64,000 nt of DNA, from assembly GCA_964407105.1 (NCBI GenBank), contig CAYOUG010000001.1:96227-160226 (forward strand). Reading direction: 5' to 3'. This DNA comes from an uncultured Candidatus Saccharibacteria bacterium (lineage in GTDB: Bacteria > Patescibacteriota > Minisyncoccia > Phycocordibacterales > CALRHW01). Positions 58,953 through 64,000 of the stretch are shown piece after piece. The first letter of the stretch is position 1. Each line of letters starts with the position of its first letter. Under the pieces are notes generated by a model that was not told the DNA's origin, ran no database searches, and saw nothing but the letters and a program-made list of their open reading frames with translations. The position numbers and the translations under genes are program-made.

Positions 58953-58990
58953 AAAAAAAAATACGTATCTGTGTGGATACGTATTTTTTT
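58953..58990. terminator. bidirectional rho-independent terminator
   Basis: The perfect 9-bp stem ATACGTATC / GATACGTAT is flanked by an A-run and a T-run. Confidence 0.7.
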
Positions 58991-59009
58991 ATTTAAAATT
59001 TTTATTTAA

Positions 59010-59942
59010 TTAAATTGCTGAACCGTTGACTTGAATTGAGGAGTTTAATTCTGAAAGTATCGGTTGTATATTGGTTGTGTCAAAAGTACTGGAAGCACCA
59101 CCAGCTAACGATGCATTCGAATAAGCTTTTGGCGCGTATCCGGTTCGTGTAAACGTACCTTCACTAGCATCAGCACCAACTGGAATTCCAGACACAGAAA
59201 GATCAACATAAATCTTTATAGGAGAACTTGTTAGGTTTGTTACTCTATATTGATGCCCAGAACCACCACCAGAAGATGAAACACCTATATATGTTATAGA
59301 AAAAATAGAAGGTGTACCACCGATACTATTGGTTGGGCTAGCTGGCTGAACACCACTAAAGTTTGACATTGTTGCAAATTGTAAACCGCCAGAAGGCCAA
59401 ACAGTACGACAATCAACAACTCCTCCAGGAGCCATACAAAGACCTGTTCCTTGCACCTGTCCTTCTGCTATAACCTTTCCATTGGCTTCATAAAGCATAG
59501 AATTACCAAGTGTGGCTGTATTCGTAAACTTTGCAATTCTATTTACTGTTCCAGATCCACCCATTCCTCCACTGCCTCCGGTAGGCCAACCAGTAATACA
59601 AGGATCTGTTCCAATACAAAAACCTGAAGCTCTAACATTGCCGCTCACATGAACTTTTTCTGTTGGAGCTAAAACACCAAAACCAATACGGCCTGTTGGA
59701 ACATAAAGAGCCATATCAGTTGCCGTGACACCTGAACCAACAATCAAACCTCCGAGTTTAGTTTGAGCTGATCCGCCCACATGAAGTGGTGCATCACAAC
59801 CCGAAGTTCCTGTTGGACAATCAGGAGGTGAACCTGGTGGATTCGTCCACGCAGAAATAGTGGTAATGCCAGCGCTTAGTATGAGCGCGAGTATTAATAT
59901 TTTTAGATTGTTGATTATGTGGTTTTTTGTAAATGTGTTCAT
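59010..59942 (-). CDS. secreted Gly/Ser/Thr-rich protein, hypothetical
   Basis: It has a signal peptide. It also has 'RIGFGVLAPTEKVHVSGNV', reminiscent of the tail-fibre-like 'VGIGTxxPxxKLxVxG' motif. Confidence 0.5.
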   Translation of the reverse strand: MNTFTKNHIINNLKILILALILSAGITTISAWTNPPGSPPDCPTGTSGCDAPLHVGGSAQTKLGGLIVGSGVTATDMALYVPTGRIGFGVLAPTEKVHVSGNVRASGFCIGTDPCITGWPTGGSGGMGGSGTVNRIAKFTNTATLGNSMLYEANGKVIAEGQVQGTGLCMAPGGVVDCRTVWPSGGLQFATMSNFSGVQPASPTNSIGGTPSIFSITYIGVSSSGGGSGHQYRVTNLTSSPIKIYVDLSVSGIPVGADASEGTFTRTGYAPKAYSNASLAGGASSTFDTTNIQPILSELNSSIQVNGSAI

Positions 59943-59977
59943 GATATTGATATGTTTGTAATAAATTTATTGTAACA

Positions 59978-60298
59978 TTATTTTGCACTCATTGACTCTT
60001 GTAATTTCACACTTTGCTCTGGCGACAACACACTTTTACCTTTTGCCGTCATTTCTTTCTCAAGCTGTTTCTTTTGTTCATCAGTAATTACCGATGGACC
60101 TTTTGCAGACATGCTTTCCAAAAGAAGCTGTTCTGAAGATGGGACATTTTGATCTACAACATCCTGCTTCTTTTTAAACACCGTCACCAAAGCGATAATA
60201 ATAATAAGACAAGCAATAAACACAAGAATCCACTTTATCTTGTGATGATCTAGTGGCGCTAGTGTAGGAGTAAGAGAATTGTTATTTGTATAATCCAT
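59978..60298 (-). CDS. small membrane-anchored protein with three tandem repeats of about 17 aa
   Basis: It has a TM anchor followed by 'EQLLLESMSAKG', 'EQKKQLEKEMTAKG' and 'EQSVKLQESMSAK'. Confidence 0.45.
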   Translation of the reverse strand: MDYTNNNSLTPTLAPLDHHKIKWILVFIACLIIIIALVTVFKKKQDVVDQNVPSSEQLLLESMSAKGPSVITDEQKKQLEKEMTAKGKSVLSPEQSVKLQESMSAK

Positions 60299-60309
60299 AA
60301 TTTCTTTAA

Positions 60310-62418
60310 TTAAAATTCAATAATGTTGGGTTGAACCACTACCGTAACCTGAGGAGCACAGTCCACCGTCTTTACTTGTTGTGGTACCGAACTGTCTCTA
60401 ATGGTTACAGATGCTATTTTATTTCCTGTTGTTGAATATGTTTTTGTAACAGATGCTGAAAATGCATCTTCTCCCAAATTATCTGTACCATCCCATGTGT
60501 AAGAAAATGGTGCCAGACCACCAGAAGTGATCGAAGCTGTCCACGTAACAAATTTGTTTACTAAATACGGTGCCTGCCCACTTGGCACACAAGAAGCCAC
60601 AATAGGAGGATAGACAGGAGACGGCACGGTTACACCAACGTTAACCTCTTCTACGTCACCCTGTACATCATCTGGCGCACCAGTAACACGAAGGGTGTAT
60701 AGTGCTGACTGCGCATTTGCTGGTACAGAAACAGAAATAATACTTGAGCAGTTTGGGCTACAAGTAGCATTAGACAAAATCGAAGCACTTGGAATAAATC
60801 TGAAACCATTTGGATTAAGAATTGTGGCAGTGATTTTTACTGGTTTTGTAGCTCCCATATCAAGTATTCTGGTAACTGTGGTGGTATTACTTTGACCTTT
60901 TTCTATTGTTAGATTTAAAGGATTTGCAGAGAGATGATAATCAAATGTAGTAGAAGGCGCTCCGTATGTCACGGTGTGATTTTCGCCACTAAAATTTAAC
61001 CAACCGAGCACTTCTCCTCCCCACGCCCAACCCACCAAACGTGCTGTTGGAGGGTGGTAAGTCACACCCTTAGAACCATCTATATATGCCGCACCAGAAG
61101 GATTGTTGGCACCAGAAAGACTGATCCAACCATCAAACCCTGGAGTAAGATCACCAGTAAGAATTTTTCCCCAACCCTTAAATGTTCCACTCGTAGGAGT
61201 AAGACTGGTCAACTCTGCATTTCCACTAAAAGTACCATTTCCTGTTGGAAAATTAGAAAGTCCACCAAATTTAATCCAACCAAGATGATCATTCCACGCA
61301 CTACCAGTCATGGTACCAGCACCGGCTGGTACATTTGCATTATTATTATTGTTTGTATTATTTATTCGCACACCATAAGAGGTCGTTTCACAGCTTCCTA
61401 AGTCTGGTAAACCATCGAGTGGCGCCACATCAGAACAACTATTCATTTTTATCCAGCCAACATTAGAAGACCAAGCCCAACCGTATACGTTGCCCACTTC
61501 TGGTACCGATACAGGTATACATGCGCCGTTTGAAAATGTATATCCAGAATTACAAGTATATTCACATTTTGGCGCTCCACATGATGCTACAAGTGTTTTT
61601 GCTGTATCTACTGTGAGTCCAGCATCGTCATTAGTACAAAGTCCGGAGTTGGCAGGAGTAGCACCAAAACAAGAGAAATTTCCGGGTGGTGTCTCTGGTG
61701 GGTTTACGGGAGATAATTCACGCCAAGGACCATATATACCCTGGCAATTATCATAGTTTCTCACACCAACCTTTACAGGCTGAGGACTTCCTGAACCAAA
61801 AGAAATATTAAATGGTCCTGTTATTGTGGCATTTGAGAGTGGGAAATAACCATCAAAAAGAGCATAATTTGGTATTATTTCGTTATCAAGATCTTGGGTT
61901 GCAAGCACAACTCGCAAATTGTGATGATCTCCAAAACCATTTTTGGGTGGTGCAGGAATCGTAACATTTATGGTGTCACCATCAATAAAATAACCCTCTA
62001 GAAAGTATGGTGGAGCAGGAACTTCGTTTGTACAATTCATATCAAGACACACACCGTACGCTGGACACCCCAAACCAGGATCTACCATGGTGCACACAGT
62101 ACTTCCAAATGGATCACAGTCTAAATTATCATCACACTCAAAATCATGGTCTATACAAGCTGGCGGCATTGGCTGACATGTACCAAAATGACCTTGAGAA
62201 CAAGTACCGTCTCCACCAACACAATTACCAGATTGACAATCTAGGTCAGAACCACAAAGAGCACCGTTAAATCCCCCATAATAACATCCGAGTTTTATTT
62301 GAGCCGTAACATTTGGGGTAGAAAAAATAACGGCAAAACCAATTAAAGAAAAAGCTAAAACAATCGAAAGAAAAAGATGGAGTTGATTTCTAGTAATTTT
62401 TTTTAAAATATTAAACAT
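60310..62418 (-). CDS. large secreted protein with a Cys-rich N-terminal module and a C-terminal PKD-like repeat
   Basis: It has a signal peptide and about 30 Cys in 'CYYGGFNGALCGSDLDCQSGNCVGG...CPAYGVCLDMNC'. The C-terminal 'PFSYTWDGTDNLGEDAFSASVTKTYSTTGNKIASVTI' is shared with the 4405..7101 protein. Confidence 0.65.
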   Translation of the reverse strand: MFNILKKITRNQLHLFLSIVLAFSLIGFAVIFSTPNVTAQIKLGCYYGGFNGALCGSDLDCQSGNCVGGDGTCSQGHFGTCQPMPPACIDHDFECDDNLDCDPFGSTVCTMVDPGLGCPAYGVCLDMNCTNEVPAPPYFLEGYFIDGDTINVTIPAPPKNGFGDHHNLRVVLATQDLDNEIIPNYALFDGYFPLSNATITGPFNISFGSGSPQPVKVGVRNYDNCQGIYGPWRELSPVNPPETPPGNFSCFGATPANSGLCTNDDAGLTVDTAKTLVASCGAPKCEYTCNSGYTFSNGACIPVSVPEVGNVYGWAWSSNVGWIKMNSCSDVAPLDGLPDLGSCETTSYGVRINNTNNNNNANVPAGAGTMTGSAWNDHLGWIKFGGLSNFPTGNGTFSGNAELTSLTPTSGTFKGWGKILTGDLTPGFDGWISLSGANNPSGAAYIDGSKGVTYHPPTARLVGWAWGGEVLGWLNFSGENHTVTYGAPSTTFDYHLSANPLNLTIEKGQSNTTTVTRILDMGATKPVKITATILNPNGFRFIPSASILSNATCSPNCSSIISVSVPANAQSALYTLRVTGAPDDVQGDVEEVNVGVTVPSPVYPPIVASCVPSGQAPYLVNKFVTWTASITSGGLAPFSYTWDGTDNLGEDAFSASVTKTYSTTGNKIASVTIRDSSVPQQVKTVDCAPQVTVVVQPNIIEF

Positions 62419-62541
62419 ATTTAATTATCAATATTAATACCTGCCGTGTTAAGCACTGTTAGTAAATTTAGTATAACACAAGAAAAATTCGTGCTCATTT
62501 TTACATACACAAAAAAGTGGATAAGAACAGCTAAAATATCG

Positions 62542-62570
62542 AAGTATTGACTTTTTACTGTTTTTGGTAT
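62542..62570 (+). repeat. promoter module copy 1 (AAGTATTGACTnnnnnACTGTTTTTGGTAT, followed by TATAAT)
   Basis: It is near-identical to 63197-63225. TTGACT is followed 17 nt later by TATAAT. Confidence 0.55.
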
Positions 62571-62642
62571 ATAATTGTAATAGTAGATAGTTTGTTCGTT
62601 GTCGTCACTTTTGTCTTTTTTTCTCTTTTCTAGGAGATACTC

Positions 62643-63089
62643 GTGCTTTCGAGAAATAGAAAAATTGGTCTGTGGTGTTGGTTTGTGACGGTGATTTTTA
62701 CCGTCACATTTTTTTCCGTAACGCTGTGGATCATCGATATCCACAAGCCTCACCCAGCACAGAAAATCGTCGGAAACGACGCGGGAGGGTTTCTGACATT
62801 GGTCAAAACCCACGGAACACGGTACGAAGGAACGTACCTGTTCAAGGAAGGGAAAGAGTTCAGCGAGATTGTCTTAAGAATCGAGGGTGGGTATGTTCCC
62901 AACCCAGAACAGATCAGTACGATCTGTTTCGACGAATTCTCTAAAGCTTCCCTGAAATCTTTCTCTCCAGCCTGGATTGAAATCGTTTTTAAGGACGATG
63001 GAAATCCATCGATCACCACATCGATGACGGTGCCGGACTCCAACCCAATACCCGACGGCGAAAGAAGAAAGCTCATCATCGGAAAGTGA
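62643..63089 (+). CDS. small TM-anchored/secreted protein, hypothetical, in a GC-richer gene
   Basis: It has a GTG start with AGGAG 7 nt upstream and an N-terminal TM segment. Confidence 0.5.
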   Translation: MLSRNRKIGLWCWFVTVIFTVTFFSVTLWIIDIHKPHPAQKIVGNDAGGFLTLVKTHGTRYEGTYLFKEGKEFSEIVLRIEGGYVPNPEQISTICFDEFSKASLKSFSPAWIEIVFKDDGNPSITTSMTVPDSNPIPDGERRKLIIGK

Positions 63090-63096
63090 TGGAACG

Positions 63097-63152
63097 GTGC
63101 TGAATACCACCTTAAACTATTCACAAGCCTGCGTAACAACGTGGGCTTTTTT
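63097..63152 (+). repeat. 3' UTR/terminator module copy 1 (GTGCTGAATACCACCTTAAACTATTCACAAGCCTGCGTAAC... hairpin, T6)
   Basis: A 41-nt identical stretch is shared with 63794-63834. Confidence 0.6.
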
Positions 63153-63196
63153 GTTACAAAAATTAATAAAAAATGATTAAAAAATGCAAACAGTAA

Positions 63197-63225
63197 AAGT
63201 ATTGACTAATTACTGTTTTTGGTAT
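63197..63225 (+). repeat. promoter module copy 2
   Basis: It reads AAGTATTGACTaattACTGTTTTTGGTAT. Confidence 0.55.
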
Positions 63226-63281
63226 CTATTTGTATGAGTAATTCGGCAGTTCTTCGTTTCATCACAAACCCAGGAGAAAAC

Positions 63282-63770
63282 ATGCGTCTCAATAAAATCT
63301 TGGTTGGTTTGGTTTTTGTGTTGGGTACACTGTTGGCCGGCAACATTCTTACAAGTCACAGTTTTCTTTGGAATAAACAAAAACGCCCAGAAAAGATGTT
63401 AGCTGCAAGTGGCGAGGGGGTCTTGTTTCTCTGTAAATATACCAATCCCGTTTGGGGTGATTCTTGGGAAGGATTCTTTTTTTTGCAGAAGGGATGGGAA
63501 TCATTTGATGTGTTAGTAGAAACTAACGGCCAAAACATCAAAACAGGAAGCAAAAAGGTTGGCTATGTAGAGTCCTTAAACCTTCATGAGGTTTGCTCAA
63601 CAGAGCTCGAAAAAGCAACGGGGGTCGAAGAAAAAGTTGTTTGGATAAAAATCAGGTTAACCGAAGAAACAAAATATTCGGTAATCACAGCAACAAGAAA
63701 AAAGGATGTTCCACCAAACGGTCCATTACCACCAACAATCATCACAGAGAGATCTGATTTAACGCCTTGA
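63282..63770 (+). CDS. small TM-anchored/secreted protein, hypothetical
   Basis: AGGAGAAAAC lies upstream of the ATG at 63282. It has a signal/TM segment 'MRLNKILVGLVFVLGTLLAG'. Confidence 0.5.
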   Translation: MRLNKILVGLVFVLGTLLAGNILTSHSFLWNKQKRPEKMLAASGEGVLFLCKYTNPVWGDSWEGFFFLQKGWESFDVLVETNGQNIKTGSKKVGYVESLNLHEVCSTELEKATGVEEKVVWIKIRLTEETKYSVITATRKKDVPPNGPLPPTIITERSDLTP

Positions 63771-63793
63771 GATTTCAATAATCAAAGATTGTT

Positions 63794-63847
63794 GTGCTGA
63801 ATACCACCTTAAACTATTCACAAGCCTGCGTAACGACGCAGGTTTTT
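63794..63847 (+). repeat. 3' UTR/terminator module copy 2 (perfect CCTGCGT-AACG-ACGCAGG hairpin, T-run)
   Basis: It has the same 41-nt module as copy 1. Confidence 0.6.
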
Positions 63848-63896
63848 CTTTTTATTGTGATATCATAGATTTTATATAATTATTAACATTGACTAT

Positions 63897-64000
63897 TATG
63901 CAATTTAAAAGAACAACCTATTTATTATTCGTATGTGTTGGTTTCATTGTAGTATCTTCTCTTATTACCGGTTCAAATAATGTAAATTATTTGACATCGA
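63897..64000 (+). CDS. 5' part of a third small secreted-protein gene (signal peptide MQFKRTTYLLFVCVGFIVVSSLITG...); runs off the window
   Basis: An ATG is followed by a hydrophobic signal sequence. A TTATTG...TATAAT promoter lies upstream. Confidence 0.4.

Noticed and set aside
62421-62813. I considered the minus-strand 130-aa ORF that starts 3 nt after the stop of the 60310..62418 gene.
   Set aside because: It overlaps the promoter module and the start of the plus-strand gene 62643..63089, which has an SD. Its translation is low-complexity, so it is probably spurious.
1-64000. I looked for CRISPR arrays, meaning regularly spaced direct repeats with unique spacers.
   Set aside because: I found no periodic short repeats. 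The only repeated blocks are the two promoter modules, the two terminator modules and the tRNA 3'-end duplication.

Overview
This is an AT-rich bacterial chromosomal segment that looks like a Candidate Phyla Radiation (Patescibacteria) genome. The evidence for that placement is that ribosomal protein L30 (rpmD) is absent between rpsE and rplO, many ribosomal proteins carry terminal extensions, there is a type IV pilus locus with ComEC, and the core genes are compact.

Core content, mostly on the minus strand:
- The S10/spc/alpha ribosomal cluster, rpsJ through rplO, followed by secY, adk and map.
- The str operon, rpsL-rpsG-fusA-tuf.
- The infC-rpmI-rplT operon.
- ftsH.
- smpB followed directly by a tmRNA (ssrA).
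- A tRNA with anticodon UAU.
- recG, recJ, rnhA, ndk, pgk-tpiA, sod, a HIT protein and lexA.
- A PLD/cardiolipin-synthase-like gene.
- A partial class II ribonucleotide reductase next to a PduO-type cobalamin adenosyltransferase.
- A split ComEC.
- A type IV pilus operon: pilB, pilC and three prepilin-type proteins.
- Several large secreted PKD-repeat or Cys-rich proteins.

Accessory or unusual content:
- A degraded large serine recombinase abuts the tmRNA 3' end and is followed by a cluster of genes for secreted proteins, including a PEP-CTERM-like protein and a DUF3761 protein.
- A tRNA 3'-end direct repeat sits downstream of the tRNA.
- A roughly 2-kb insertion separates tuf from fusA and carries an HExxH metallopeptidase-like gene and an ORF6N-domain gene.
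- Several isolated single genes are GC-richer than their surroundings.
- A MITE-like palindromic element lies between rpsG and fusA.
- A LexA box sits in a divergent promoter region.
- At the 3' end of the window there is a tandem array of small secreted-protein genes that share promoter and terminator modules.

No CRISPR array, rRNA gene or reverse transcriptase was seen.
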